Shown one piece after another: positions 31,451-43,327 of a DNA stretch of 64,000 nucleotides. The notes under the pieces are model-generated. The model did not search any database and had not been told where the DNA came from. It worked only from the letters and a program-made list of their open reading frames with translations. The translations under genes and the position numbers were made by a program. The DNA comes from Acidimicrobiia bacterium (GTDB taxonomy: Bacteria; Actinomycetota; Acidimicrobiia; Spongiisociales; UBA11373): contig JBBDMM010000007.1 in assembly GCA_040878325.1 (NCBI GenBank), positions 6,635 to 70,634 of the forward strand, read 5' to 3'. The number at the start of each line of letters is the position of its first letter. Positions within the stretch are counted from its first letter, which is position 1.

Positions 31451-33699
31451 GCGGGCTGGGCACTCCTCGGCGCGGGGAACCCGGGGTACGGAATCCGGGT
31501 GTGGTAGTACCCGATGAGGGCGTCGACAAAGGCCTCCTTGATGCGGGTGAGCTCGCCAAAGGTCACTTCGGACTCCTCCAGCTGCCCGTCCTCGACCTTC
31601 TCGGCGATGATTGCCTCCACCAGGCGCCTGATGCCCTCACTGGTGGGGTCCTCGCTCTGTACCAGGGTCCGGGTGGCCGCCTCGGTCGCATCGGCGAGCA
31701 TGAGGATGACCATCTCCTTGGTGCGCGGCTTGCGCCCCCGGTGGCGATAATCGGCAGGCTCCATCCGGTCGCCGTACACCTCCTCCGCCTTGTGGCTGAA
31801 GAACCGCATCAGGCTGGTGCCGTGGTGGGTGAGGATCCCCTGGGCCACGTCGGGAGGGATCCGGAACTCGCGAGCGAGGCGAAGCCCCTCGGAGACATGA
31901 CCCCGAATGATCGCGGCCGACTCCTCGGGCGGCAGCCGGTCGTGTGGGTTGGTGACCCCGAACTGGTTCTCGACGAAGTACTTGGGCTGAACCGTCTTGC
32001 CAAGGTCGTGGTAGTACGCCATCGCCCTGGCAAGCAGCGGGTTGGCGCCGATCGCTCGAGCCGCCCGGTCGGCGAGGCTGCCGACCAGCACGCTGTGGTT
32101 GAAGGTCCCCGGTGCCACCTCCTCCACCCGGCGCAATGCGGGATGGTTGCGGTCGGTGAGGTCGAGCAGGGTCTGCGTCGTCGTTATCCCGAACGCCGAC
32201 GACAGGATCGGCATCACCCCCAGGGCGGCGACGCCGGAGACGATCCCTCCGACGAACCCCCACACGGCCGACACGAGCAGCAGATCCTGCAGGTCGGCAG
32301 CGTCAGGGCCGTAGAAGAACCAGGCGAGAGCAACGGCTAGGGGCACCTGGATGACCGCCGAGAAGATCACCGCGAGGTTCAGCTCGGCACGGGAGGCGAC
32401 CGAGGTCACCAATGGGATCGGAGTCAGGGTCGCCCCGGCGGCGAATACCACGAGAGCCAGATCGCCGGTGGCGAGTGCGGTGAAGGCGGTTATCGGCACC
32501 GCCATCAGCACCGCTATGCGCGCATCGAACAGGTTCGCCGCCAGGTAACCGAAGAATGCCGCCGGCAACAGGAAGCCCAGTTCGATCCGATCGCGCGCCA
32601 CGACTTCGGGCACCCGCGAGCTCACCGCGGCCAGCACCACCAGCAGGCCGAAGAGGGCGACCTTCTTGGGATCTCGCCACAGGTCGCGAGTGACCCGGGC
32701 CATGAACACAGCCGCGAGGAGAACGACGATGGCGGCGATGGCCGCCATCGCCCGCAACGGGATCGGCTCGTCGCCGGGCGCGGCCAGCCCGAGATCCTTG
32801 ATCGCAGTGGCCTGCACCTGAGTGATCAGCTGACCGATCGACACGATGCTCTGACCCGCCACATAGTGCTCCTGAATCGGCTCCACCGAGTCGCGCGCCG
32901 CCAGGCGATCACGCTCCGTGGCGTCGGGGTCGAAGAACTCGTTCGACTGGAGGTACGCCCCGAGGACATCTGCCACCGACGCCTCGGCGGCATCTCGCAG
33001 CTCCTCCGGCAGCAGCACCATCGGGCGGGGGTCGGTGACCAGGGTGGCCTTGACGGCATCGAGCTCCGTCGGGCGAATTCCGTCTAGAGCGTGCGCGGTG
33101 GCGATGTCGAGGGCCGCCTGCTGGACGATCGGGAACAGCTCCGTCTCGCCGTTCTCCACCCGCTCGCGGTCGTCATTGACGAGGGCCACGAGCGTGTCCA
33201 GGGTCTCATCCTGCACCAACGGGTGGAGAACTTGAAGGACGGCGATCTGATCCTGGCGAGGGGGAGGTTCCAGGGCGATGGTGGTCGTCGTCGTCTCTGC
33301 AACAGTCGTCGTGGTGTCGTCCGGCGAAGTCGTCGTCGTCTCGGGCACCGTCGTGGAAGTGGGATCGTCGGGAGGTGCAACCGGCTGGGCCCCGGTGTGA
33401 ACGTTCTGGAACAGCTCGGCGATGCTGTTCAGCATGGCTTCGGTGGCCGACGGCTCCACCCGGTACACATCCGCCACCGCCGCAGCCGCCGCCTGCCGCT
33501 CGGCCTCGGTCCTCGCCTCGTCCTCCACCGAGATGCCCACCGGGGCGATGAATGTCACCGGCGACGGGTCGCCGACGTTGAGGGCAATCGGTTCCACCGC
33601 CTGCTCCTGGCCGACGAGGAGGGCGATCGATGCGAAGAGAACTGTCGCGGCGAGCACCGCGAACCGGGCCGCTCCCGAAAGCCGGGCTCTCAATCTCAC
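31447..33699 (-). CDS. 7TM receptor with intracellular HD hydrolase (7TM-HD, PgpH-like)
   Basis: Large extracellular N-domain, 7 TM, HD motif HSVLVGSLA ... YYHDLGK. Confidence 0.8.
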   Translation of the reverse strand: MRLRARLSGAARFAVLAATVLFASIALLVGQEQAVEPIALNVGDPSPVTFIAPVGISVEDEARTEAERQAAAAAVADVYRVEPSATEAMLNSIAELFQNVHTGAQPVAPPDDPTSTTVPETTTTSPDDTTTTVAETTTTTIALEPPPRQDQIAVLQVLHPLVQDETLDTLVALVNDDRERVENGETELFPIVQQAALDIATAHALDGIRPTELDAVKATLVTDPRPMVLLPEELRDAAEASVADVLGAYLQSNEFFDPDATERDRLAARDSVEPIQEHYVAGQSIVSIGQLITQVQATAIKDLGLAAPGDEPIPLRAMAAIAAIVVLLAAVFMARVTRDLWRDPKKVALFGLLVVLAAVSSRVPEVVARDRIELGFLLPAAFFGYLAANLFDARIAVLMAVPITAFTALATGDLALVVFAAGATLTPIPLVTSVASRAELNLAVIFSAVIQVPLAVALAWFFYGPDAADLQDLLLVSAVWGFVGGIVSGVAALGVMPILSSAFGITTTQTLLDLTDRNHPALRRVEEVAPGTFNHSVLVGSLADRAARAIGANPLLARAMAYYHDLGKTVQPKYFVENQFGVTNPHDRLPPEESAAIIRGHVSEGLRLAREFRIPPDVAQGILTHHGTSLMRFFSHKAEEVYGDRMEPADYRHRGRKPRTKEMVILMLADATEAATRTLVQSEDPTSEGIRRLVEAIIAEKVEDGQLEESEVTFGELTRIKEAFVDALIGYYHTRIPYPGFPAPRSAQPA

Positions 33700-34664
33700 C
33701 GCTTCTCCTCGTACTCGCGGTAGGCCTCGACGATCGCCGCCACAATGCGATGGCGAACGACGTCCTCGGCGCCGAGGATCACGAAGGACACCCCCGGGAT
33801 CTCATCGAGGACATCGCGCACCTGGCGCAATCCGGAGGCCTTCCCGGTGGGGAGGTCGACCTGAGTGACGTCGCCGGTGATCACCATCTTGGAGTTGAAA
33901 CCGAGCCGGGTGAGGAACATCTTCATCTGCTCCGGAGAAGTGTTCTGGGCCTCGTCGAGCACTACGAAGGCATCGTTGAGGGTTCGGCCCCGCATGTAGG
34001 CAAGGGGGGCGATCTCGATGGTGCCTCGTTCCATCATGCGCTGGGTCTCGTCGGGTCCCAGCATGTCATAGAGGGCGTCGTACAGGGGCCGCAGGTACGG
34101 ATCCACCTTGGCGGCGAGGTCCCCCGGCAGGAAGCCCAACCGCTCCCCCGCCTCCACGGCGGGCCGGGTGAGGATGAGGCGAGATACCGCCCCCGATTCG
34201 AGGCCGGCAACCGCCACCGCCATCGCCAGGTAGGTCTTGCCCGTCCCCGCCGGGCCGATCGAGAAGATCACGGTGTTGCGGCGGATGGCGTCGAGATACC
34301 GCTTCTGGTTGAGGGTCTTCGGCCGCACTATCTTGCCCCGCCCTACCGCGACGCCATCGCTGAACACTTCCGACGGGCTCGCCACCTCAGCCTTGACGAG
34401 GTCGATCACCCGCCGTACCCGGTCCTCGTCGAGGGATTGGCCCTCTCGCACCAGGACGAGCAGTTCTTCGAGCGTGGTCTTGGCGAGCGTCTTCGACGGC
34501 TCCGGCCCGGCGATCCGCAGCTCGTCGCCCCTCGCCACGATGAGCACGTCGATGAACGCCTCTTCCACGAGGCGCAGGAACGCGTCGCGTTCGCCCAGGA
34601 GAGCCAGCATCAGGTGGTCGCCGGGGACGCGCAGCGTGACCTCATCGAGAGATGCTTGCGTCAC
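33696..34664 (-). CDS. phoH: PhoH-like ATPase
   Basis: Walker A GPAGTGKTYLA. Confidence 0.85.
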   Translation of the reverse strand: MTQASLDEVTLRVPGDHLMLALLGERDAFLRLVEEAFIDVLIVARGDELRIAGPEPSKTLAKTTLEELLVLVREGQSLDEDRVRRVIDLVKAEVASPSEVFSDGVAVGRGKIVRPKTLNQKRYLDAIRRNTVIFSIGPAGTGKTYLAMAVAVAGLESGAVSRLILTRPAVEAGERLGFLPGDLAAKVDPYLRPLYDALYDMLGPDETQRMMERGTIEIAPLAYMRGRTLNDAFVVLDEAQNTSPEQMKMFLTRLGFNSKMVITGDVTQVDLPTGKASGLRQVRDVLDEIPGVSFVILGAEDVVRHRIVAAIVEAYREYEEKR

Positions 34665-34716
34665 AGAAATCCTCGTATTGGGAGGAACATTGAGAGGACA
34701 GGACTATACCGGGGCC

Positions 34717-34843
34717 CAGCCACAGCCACAGCCCCGAGACGGCTCGAGCCACTGCCACGGCCCCAGCCAGAGACGCGTTGGAGATACTCGAAAGGTAGGA
34801 GCCGCCTCCGGCCGGGGCTGGAGCCCTGGGGCTGGGGGGCTGA
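34717..34843. repeat. Heptamer-type tandem repeats (ccacagccacagcc; gccactgccacggccccagccag; ggggctggagccctggggctggggggctgag)
   Basis: Read directly in the phoH upstream intergenic region. Confidence 0.7.
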
Positions 34844-34864
34844 GCCGGCCGAAAGGCCGGCTCA
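34841..34864 (-). terminator. GC hairpin tgagccggcc-gaaa-ggccggctca at the 3' end of the XRE gene
   Basis: Perfect 10-bp stem with a 4-nt loop, overlapping the stop codon. Confidence 0.4.
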
Positions 34865-35452
34865 GGCTTCCGTTGTTAGGCCGAGTTCGGCGAGGCGTTC
34901 GGAGAACGACTCCTCAGACTGGTCGATCAAGAGTGCCAGGAGCCGCAGGTCGTCGCGGCGGATGGTGAGCACCTTGCCGTTGTAGTCCTGGCGCATCATC
35001 TGGATGGACCGCAGGAACCGGGTGAAGATCACGGATTCGGTGCCGGAGAGGCGCTCGAGCCGGTTCAGGTCGATGGTGACGCCGCCACTCGGCAGTGGCT
35101 CCATGGTGCGCTCGCCATTCTCCTCTTGAGGGAGGAATTGGGTGATCGGCACCTGGAAGAACTTCGAGAGCCGCTGCAGCCGGGGAAGGGACAGGCTGCG
35201 TTCGCCCCGCTCGTAGGCACCCACCACGGCAGCCTTGAACTCGCCATTGGAGAGCCGCTGGACGTCCTGGAGCGACAGGCCGCGCTGCCGCCTGATGGAG
35301 CGCAGCCGCGATCCGACCGACTCGTTGTAAGTATCCGCCACCGGACCTCCACTCCCCGCCCCCCGCACCGCGGGGTCCGTTGAATTCGCCGAGTGTTCAC
35401 CGAGAACGCTCTGCGCACATGCTAGCGACACGGAGAGCGCGTAGTCCAGCAC
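34862..35452 (-). CDS. XRE-family HTH transcriptional regulator with C-terminal domain
   Basis: HTH RLRSIRRQRGLSLQDVQRLSNGEF. The true start may be internal. Confidence 0.6.
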   Translation of the reverse strand: MLDYALSVSLACAQSVLGEHSANSTDPAVRGAGSGGPVADTYNESVGSRLRSIRRQRGLSLQDVQRLSNGEFKAAVVGAYERGERSLSLPRLQRLSKFFQVPITQFLPQEENGERTMEPLPSGGVTIDLNRLERLSGTESVIFTRFLRSIQMMRQDYNGKVLTIRRDDLRLLALLIDQSEESFSERLAELGLTTEA

Positions 35453-35476
35453 GTGGTCCTGGTTGCCGATCCAGCC

Positions 35477-36550
35477 TCAGGAGCGACGGCGCTTCTTTCG
35501 CCCGGCGACCGGTGCCTCCCCCATCGCCGCCCCATAGGCGCGCAGCGCCTCCTCGGAGGCACTGTCGAGGCGTTGGGGCACGAGCAACCGCACCTCGACG
35601 AGCAGGTCGCCCCGACCGCGGCCGTGGAGCCGCGGCATCCCCTGCCGGGAGAGCTTGAAGACCGTACCGGGCTGGGTGCCCGCGGGAATGTCGATCTCCA
35701 CGGGGTCGCCGTCGACCATGGGGATTTCCGCCGAGGTCCCCAGGGCCGCCTCCGAGAGGCCGATCTCGACCCGGTGCACCAGATCAGGCCCGTGCCGCTC
35801 GAAGCGGGGATCGGCCTCCACCGTCACCTCCACGAACAGGTCACCGGATCGTCCGCCGGGCTCGCCCGCAGCCCCCCTCCCCTGGAGGCGGAGCCGGGAG
35901 GCATCCTCGATCCCGGCCGGAATGTCGATCTCTTCCTCGAGGTCCCCAACGACCGAGCCGGTGCCTGAGCACCCCAAGCAGGGCTCGGCGACGATCCTCC
36001 CCCGGCCCCGGCACTGCTCGCAGCGGGCGATGGTCATGGCGGCGCCGAGCAGCGTCTGTCGGGTCACCCGCACCGATCCCTGACCCCCGCACCGCTCGCA
36101 GGTGTCGAGGTCCGAACCGGGGGCCGCTCCCGAACCGGCACAGGTGGCGCAAGTGGCCGGAACCCGGTACGCCACCGAGCGCGACGTGCCGCTCGCCGCT
36201 TCGGCGAGGCTGATGCTCACCGCCACCCCCACATCCCTGCCTTGAGCCGGACCGCGGGAGGCGCCGCCGAATCCTCCCCCGAAGAAGCGGCTCAGCAGAT
36301 CGTCGACACCGGCGAAGGAGGAGAACAGGTCACCCAGATCGATCCGGTCACCACGGTCGTAGGCAGCCCGTCGCTGCGGATCCGACAACACCTCATATGC
36401 CTCGGCGATGATCCGGAATCGTTCCTCGGTGCCCCGATCCCCGTTGTTGGCGTCGGGATGGGTTTCGCGGGCCAACTGGCGGAACGCCTTCTTGATCTCC
36501 TCTTGTGAGGCATCGCGTTCGACGCCGAGCACCTGGTAGTAGTCGGCCAT
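35477..36550 (-). CDS. dnaJ: Molecular chaperone DnaJ
   Basis: J domain with HPD, Gly-rich linker, four CxxCxGxG zinc repeats. Confidence 0.85.
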   Translation of the reverse strand: MADYYQVLGVERDASQEEIKKAFRQLARETHPDANNGDRGTEERFRIIAEAYEVLSDPQRRAAYDRGDRIDLGDLFSSFAGVDDLLSRFFGGGFGGASRGPAQGRDVGVAVSISLAEAASGTSRSVAYRVPATCATCAGSGAAPGSDLDTCERCGGQGSVRVTRQTLLGAAMTIARCEQCRGRGRIVAEPCLGCSGTGSVVGDLEEEIDIPAGIEDASRLRLQGRGAAGEPGGRSGDLFVEVTVEADPRFERHGPDLVHRVEIGLSEAALGTSAEIPMVDGDPVEIDIPAGTQPGTVFKLSRQGMPRLHGRGRGDLLVEVRLLVPQRLDSASEEALRAYGAAMGEAPVAGRKKRRRS

Positions 36551-37539
36551 CAAGGTGCCAGCGTGTCGCCGAGGGCGTCCGAGACCTCTTCGACGACGCG
36601 AATCGTGCGTCGATAGTCCATCCGCATCGGGCCGAGCACGCCCATCCGGCCTCGGGAGCGGCCGGCGGCGAAGGGTGCCGACACCACCGCCAGGTCCTCC
36701 TCGCCGGCGTGGATCTCAGGACCGAGTCGGACCGTCGTCCCCTCCGCCGAGTCGTCGAGCAGCTCAAGGACTGTGGCCTCCCGCTCGAGCAACGCGAGAA
36801 TCCGATGGAGTTTGGTGAGGTCTTCCCACAGCTCGACCATCCGGCTGGCGCCGCCGACATGGATCTCACGGCCGCTGGAGGCGGCGCCCTCGACCGCTTC
36901 GAGCACCCGATCGACGAGGGACCGCGCCATCGGGGCCAGGCCGCCGAAGTCGTAGCCGATGGGTGCCGACGGCATCGTCGTCCCCACCAGGGCCTCGATC
37001 AGGGCCGAATTCGCCTCGGCAACCTCTGCTGGAGTCGCCGGTGCCGGGCAGCGAACGATGGACTGATGTACCCGCCCGCCTTCAGCCACGAGCACCACCA
37101 GCACCACCCCGGGCTCGACCCAGAGCAGGTGGACGTCGCGCAGGGTCTGGTCTCGTAGGCCCGGCCCGAGCACCACCGCCGGGTAGGCGGTGATCTCCGA
37201 CAGGAGGTCGGAAGTCTCCCGGAGAACCTTGCCGAACTCGGATTGGAAGGAGCCGAAGAAATCGGCGATCCGGCCGCGGGTGGAGGCACGGAGGAGGCCG
37301 GGCGAGAGGTGGTCGATGTAGTAGCGATATCCGCGATTGGTCGGCACCCGGCCGGCGGAGGTGTGGGGCTTGGAGACGTATCCCTCGCGCTCGAGCACGA
37401 CCAACTCGTTGCGCACCGTGGCGCTCGAGCAATCGAGCCCGGAGCGGTCCAGAATCGTCTGGGAGGCCACGGGCGCACCGGAGTCGATGTACTCCTCGAC
37501 GAGTGCGGCCAGGATCCCGGCCTTGCGATCATCCAGCAT
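36550..37539 (-). CDS. hrcA: Heat-inducible transcription repressor HrcA
   Basis: Winged HTH N-terminus; hrcA-dnaJ synteny. Confidence 0.85.
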   Translation of the reverse strand: MLDDRKAGILAALVEEYIDSGAPVASQTILDRSGLDCSSATVRNELVVLEREGYVSKPHTSAGRVPTNRGYRYYIDHLSPGLLRASTRGRIADFFGSFQSEFGKVLRETSDLLSEITAYPAVVLGPGLRDQTLRDVHLLWVEPGVVLVVLVAEGGRVHQSIVRCPAPATPAEVAEANSALIEALVGTTMPSAPIGYDFGGLAPMARSLVDRVLEAVEGAASSGREIHVGGASRMVELWEDLTKLHRILALLEREATVLELLDDSAEGTTVRLGPEIHAGEEDLAVVSAPFAAGRSRGRMGVLGPMRMDYRRTIRVVEEVSDALGDTLAP

Positions 37540-37561
37540 CAGGCGGAGGTTAGCAGTGCTG

Positions 37562-38738
37562 CTAGCAGTCGCCTGGGGGGAGTGCTAACAGGGTGCGGGC
37601 GACTTCGTCGCCCAGCAGCGCCCGAATCACCCGGATGCGGTCGCCCGATCGTTCGATCACGCCGGTGGCAACCAGTCGCTGGCCCGCCGCAGAGGCCAAC
37701 ATCGCCGATCCGGCGACGCCGGGGACGACTCCCGCCACCCGCCGCAACCCGATGGCGACCCGCTCCACCTCTCTCCCCCAGCGCTCCAGCCGCTCCTCGC
37801 CCGCCACGGCGCCGGTCGCCGCCCGCTCGATGTAACGATCCACCCGGCGCACGTTCCACGAGCGGACGCCATCGCGATGGCGATGAGCACCGTTCCCGAA
37901 GGCGGCGTACTCGCCCTGGCCCCAGGTGAGAAGGTTGTACCGGCAGTGATGCCCGGGACGGGCGAAGTTCGACGTCTCATATCGAACGAGTCCGGCGGCC
38001 TCCGCGGCCGCCGCCACGATCTCGTACTTCGACGCCTGGTCGTCGGGGTCGGGCGCCGCCGCCCCGGCGAGGACGGCTCGACCCAGCGGGGTGCCCTTCT
38101 CCACCGTCAAGGCATACGCCGACAAGTGGTCGATGCCGGCATCGATCACCCGGGCGACGGAGTCCGACCAGGAACGGTCGGACTCACCCGGGGTGCCGTA
38201 GATGAGGTCGACGTTCACCGAGGCGAGCGCACCCACCGCTTCGGCTATCGCCGCAAGGGCCCCTCCCGGATCGTGCGTGCGGCCGAGTGAGAGGAGCACC
38301 ACCGGATCCAGGGACTGCACGCCGAGCGAGATTCGGTTGAAACCCGTCCCGGCGAGCGCGGCGGGAACCCCCGGCAGGAGGTCTTCGGGGTTCGCCTCGA
38401 TCGACACCTCGGCGCCCGCAGCCAGCCCCAGCTGCGCCTCGAGCGCTGCGAGAACCCTGCCGAGGTCGGATGGGTTCATCGAGGTGGGGGTACCGCCGCC
38501 GACGAAGACCGCATCCAGCGGTCGGGCGAAACGCGGCTCCGACGCGATCTCCTCGACAAGCGCCTCGAGATATGGCCCCCGCGCGTCCGACGCACCTCCA
38601 TCGGCCGAGAGCGCGACGACGGCAAAGTCGCAGTACGGGCACACCGAACGGCAGAACGGGATGTGGACATAGGCCCCCACCCACTCCGCCGCATCGTCGG
38701 CAAGGGATGGATCGTCCGGACGACGCGGGGTGGTCCGG

Positions 38739-38746
<8 letters not shown>
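37562..38746 (-). CDS. hemW: Radical SAM heme chaperone HemW (HemN-like)
   Basis: CxxxCxxC motif [14 protein letters not shown]. Confidence 0.8.
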
Positions 38747-40544
<1,798 letters not shown>

Positions 40545-40638
40545 GGTGCTTCCGGGAGGCGACGGGGCGCATTGTACCGGCGGTCCCGGGGGTGCTATCG
40601 TGCCGCCGTTCCCCCTATTTTCGACGGCTGGATCCAAC

Positions 40639-40905
40639 ATGGCCAACATCGCCTCCCAGATCAAGCGCAACCGCCAGAACGGCAAGCTGCGCGCCCGCAA
40701 CCTCGCCATTCGCTCCGAGTTGAAGACTCGCATCAAGAAGGCCGAGCAGGCAGTCGAAGCGGCCGACGACGCAGCGTTCGCCGACGCGTACCGCGAGGCC
40801 CAGAAGCGCATCGACACTGCGGTCGCCAAGGGCGTGCTGCACAAGCGCACCGCGGCCCGGCGCAAGGCGCGCCTGGCCCGCCGGGGCCCGCAGCCCGCCT
40901 CCTGA
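40639..40905 (+). CDS. rpsT: 30S ribosomal protein S20
   Basis: [21 protein letters not shown]... Confidence 0.85.
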   Translation: MANIASQIKRNRQNGKLRARNLAIRSELKTRIKKAEQAVEAADDAAFADAYREAQKRIDTAVAKGVLHKRTAARRKARLARRGPQPAS

Positions 40906-40923
40906 CACCCGGGTCCTCCCCCG

Positions 40924-41403
40924 ATGACCGAAGACGCCACCACCTGGCTATCCCCGGCGGCTCACAAGCGGCTCGTCGACGAACTCGAGCACCTGATGAC
41001 CGACGGGCGGCAAGAAGTCACTGAGAGGATCGCCGAAGCGCGCTCGCACGGCGACATCCGCGAGAACGCCGACTACGAGGCGGCCAAGAACGAGCAGGGC
41101 CTCATGGAGGCCCGAATCCGCAAGATCCAGTCGATCCTCGACACCGCGGAGGTCGGCGAAGTCGTCGTGGGCGACACCGTGGAAGAAGGCTCGGTGGCGA
41201 CCGTGAAGCGTGAGGACGGCGGCGAAATGGATGTGTTCGTCGCTACCCAGGAGAACAAGGTCCCCGGCCACATCCTCGCTTCCCCGTCCAGTCCCCTGGG
41301 AGCGGCCCTTCTCGGCGCCTCGGTCGGCGACAAGGTCTCCTACGAAGCCCCCAGTGGGAAGTTCCAGGTGACGGTGCTGGCGATCAAGCCGTTTGAGGGC
41401 TAG
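40924..41403 (+). CDS. greA: Transcription elongation factor GreA
   Basis: Coiled-coil N-domain then FKBP-like C-domain. Confidence 0.85.
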   Translation: MTEDATTWLSPAAHKRLVDELEHLMTDGRQEVTERIAEARSHGDIRENADYEAAKNEQGLMEARIRKIQSILDTAEVGEVVVGDTVEEGSVATVKREDGGEMDVFVATQENKVPGHILASPSSPLGAALLGASVGDKVSYEAPSGKFQVTVLAIKPFEG

Positions 41404-41406
41404 GAA

Positions 41407-41432
41407 GCCTCCAGCCTCCAGCCTCCAGCCTC
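41407..41432. repeat. (CCTCCAG)3 heptamer array, near-identical to the copy at 23179-23208
   Basis: gcctccagcctccagcctccagcaag lies between convergent greA and the downstream gene. Confidence 0.85.
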
Positions 41433-41485
41433 CAGCAAGAGAAGAGAGCGGGCCTGCGGCCGCTGGGCGGCCTGCTTCTCCAGAT

Positions 41486-42130
41486 TCAGTCTGTGGGGGG
41501 TTCGTAGCGGAACACGGCGGTGAACGACACCGTTTCGCCGCTGCGAATTTCGGCGACGTCCTTGCAGATCACGTGACCGGTGAAGTACGGCGTGGCGATC
41601 ACGAGTCCGGCCGCTCCCGTCGGTGTCAGGTCGAGGTGATATCCCGACCGGGACAACTCGAGCGAGCAGTCACCGCTCCTCGAAGTGAACGATTGCCCGT
41701 CGATTGTGAACAGGACGGTCATGGCTGCGGTGCGGGCCTGGCCGGCCATCGCCTGCCCTGCGATCACCGCCAGCGTCCCGCCGCCCCGGCTGTAGCGCGC
41801 GTTCACGTCGACCGGGCCGTCCCGCATGTAGGCACCGGTCGCGTCTGAGGGCACCCATACGAAGGGAATCGACACGTGGTCGAGCACCGAGCGCCCGGCG
41901 ATTGCTCCTGACCACTCGATCACGGCGCCGTCCTGATTCAGAGCAGCAAGCTCGACGCCCAGCTCATCGAGGAGACTTGTTTCCTGATCAGCACCTTGGG
42001 CGACCACCTGGGCGATCCCCAAACCCGACGATGGCAGGAAGATCCGCCCCACAATGAACACGAACGCGAACACCACGCCAAAGCCGATGAGAGCACCGCT
42101 CAGGTCCTGGCGGATCGCTCGAGTCGTCAT
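41486..42130 (-). CDS. Hypothetical membrane-anchored protein
   Basis: N-terminal TM ALIGFGVVFAFVFIVG followed by a soluble domain. Confidence 0.5.
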   Translation of the reverse strand: MTTRAIRQDLSGALIGFGVVFAFVFIVGRIFLPSSGLGIAQVVAQGADQETSLLDELGVELAALNQDGAVIEWSGAIAGRSVLDHVSIPFVWVPSDATGAYMRDGPVDVNARYSRGGGTLAVIAGQAMAGQARTAAMTVLFTIDGQSFTSRSGDCSLELSRSGYHLDLTPTGAAGLVIATPYFTGHVICKDVAEIRSGETVSFTAVFRYEPPTD

Positions 42131-42267
42131 GTGACTTCGATAGCCCTGACTCGTCCGATTGCCGGTGACATTGCCACACCTTGGGGAGGCTGCTCGGTCA
42201 GCGTACCTGGATGCCTTCTCTCACAAGGTCGCGTGCCGTGGGACCGAGCATCCACGATCAAATCCGC

Positions 42268-42316
42268 CGCGCCGCGCATTGCGCATCCACTTCTGGCCAA
42301 TCGCCAATCGCGGGCC
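42268..42316. repeat. Heptamer arrays (CATTGCG)2 and (CCAATCG)2
   Basis: gccgcgcattgcgcatcc ... ggccaatcgccaatcgcggg. Related to the 23228-23257 array. Confidence 0.7.
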
Positions 42317-42337
42317 GAGCGCAAGGCTGAGCGGCCC

Positions 42338-43327
42338 CTATCGGCCGCGGCCCTTGTACCACCTTGCCAGGGCGACGGTGAGGCGCTCCAGGGTCACCCG
42401 GTGGGTCGGTTCCGGGGCGGTCTTCAGGGCCAGGTCGGCGCGGGCCACCGCGTCGAGCGCCTTACGCAGGTCGTCATCCGTCGTGGCGGTCCGGGCGCCC
42501 CATGCTTTCTTGACCGGGTAGTGATCCGGACGCGCACCAACCCATTCGGCGAATACTTCGATCGAGGGAGCCGACGAGGCGAGTGCCCGCTTCTTGAGAT
42601 CGGACTCGACGAAAGCCAGCAGCTGCAGTGGATGACCGTGAGTCAGGAAGTCCGAGAGGCGCCGAAGCGCATCGCCTGTCTTGCCGGCGGCAAGCGCGTC
42701 GGCGTAATGCCACATCGGCTCGTCGGGCCGGTTACGGAACCGGGCGGCGACTGCCTCCACGGTGATCGGCCCCTCGAGCGTGGCCAGCTGGTCCAAAGCC
42801 TGGCCGAGGGCGGCGACATCGGACCCGAAGCGCTGCACCAGGGCGGCGTCGACGCCGGGACCGAGGCGGATACGACGGTCGCGCGCCGCCTGGCCAAGCC
42901 ATTGATAGGCATCGTTCTCGCGCATCTTCTTGACGGGATGCGACTCGCCCTCCGCCTTGACGATCTTGGCGACGGCAGAAGGAAGCGCCCCCTCGGACAC
43001 CAGCACAACCGCCGACTCCCCCGCCACCAGCCCGGTGATCAATGAAGCGACCACCGCCGCCTCCGCCACCTGGAGGTTCTGGGCATCGACGATCAACACT
43101 CCCCGCAAGCCACCGAAGAGCGATCCGCTCTGTAGCGCGGGGATCAAGCGCTCCACTTCGGGACGCAGCGTCCCCTCGCCTTCCTCACCGGCGCCGCGTC
43201 CAGGTACGTCGAAACGATCGAAACCCTCGGTGCCCGCCTGCTCGATGAGTCGGCGGGCCCGTTCGAGCATCTCCTGACGCTCGCCCGGGCCTGTGTCCGG
43301 AGGCCCGGTGATGGCGTGGAGCGGCTT
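42338..43327 (-). CDS. holA: DNA polymerase III delta subunit (HolA)
   Basis: Delta-subunit AAA+-like fold; synteny with comEC. Start position approximate (GTG near 43327). Confidence 0.65.
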   Translation of the reverse strand, partial: KPLHAITGPPDTGPGERQEMLERARRLIEQAGTEGFDRFDVPGRGAGEEGEGTLRPEVERLIPALQSGSLFGGLRGVLIVDAQNLQVAEAAVVASLITGLVAGESAVVLVSEGALPSAVAKIVKAEGESHPVKKMRENDAYQWLGQAARDRRIRLGPGVDAALVQRFGSDVAALGQALDQLATLEGPITVEAVAARFRNRPDEPMWHYADALAAGKTGDALRRLSDFLTHGHPLQLLAFVESDLKKRALASSAPSIEVFAEWVGARPDHYPVKKAWGARTATTDDDLRKALDAVARADLALKTAPEPTHRVTLERLTVALARWYKGRGR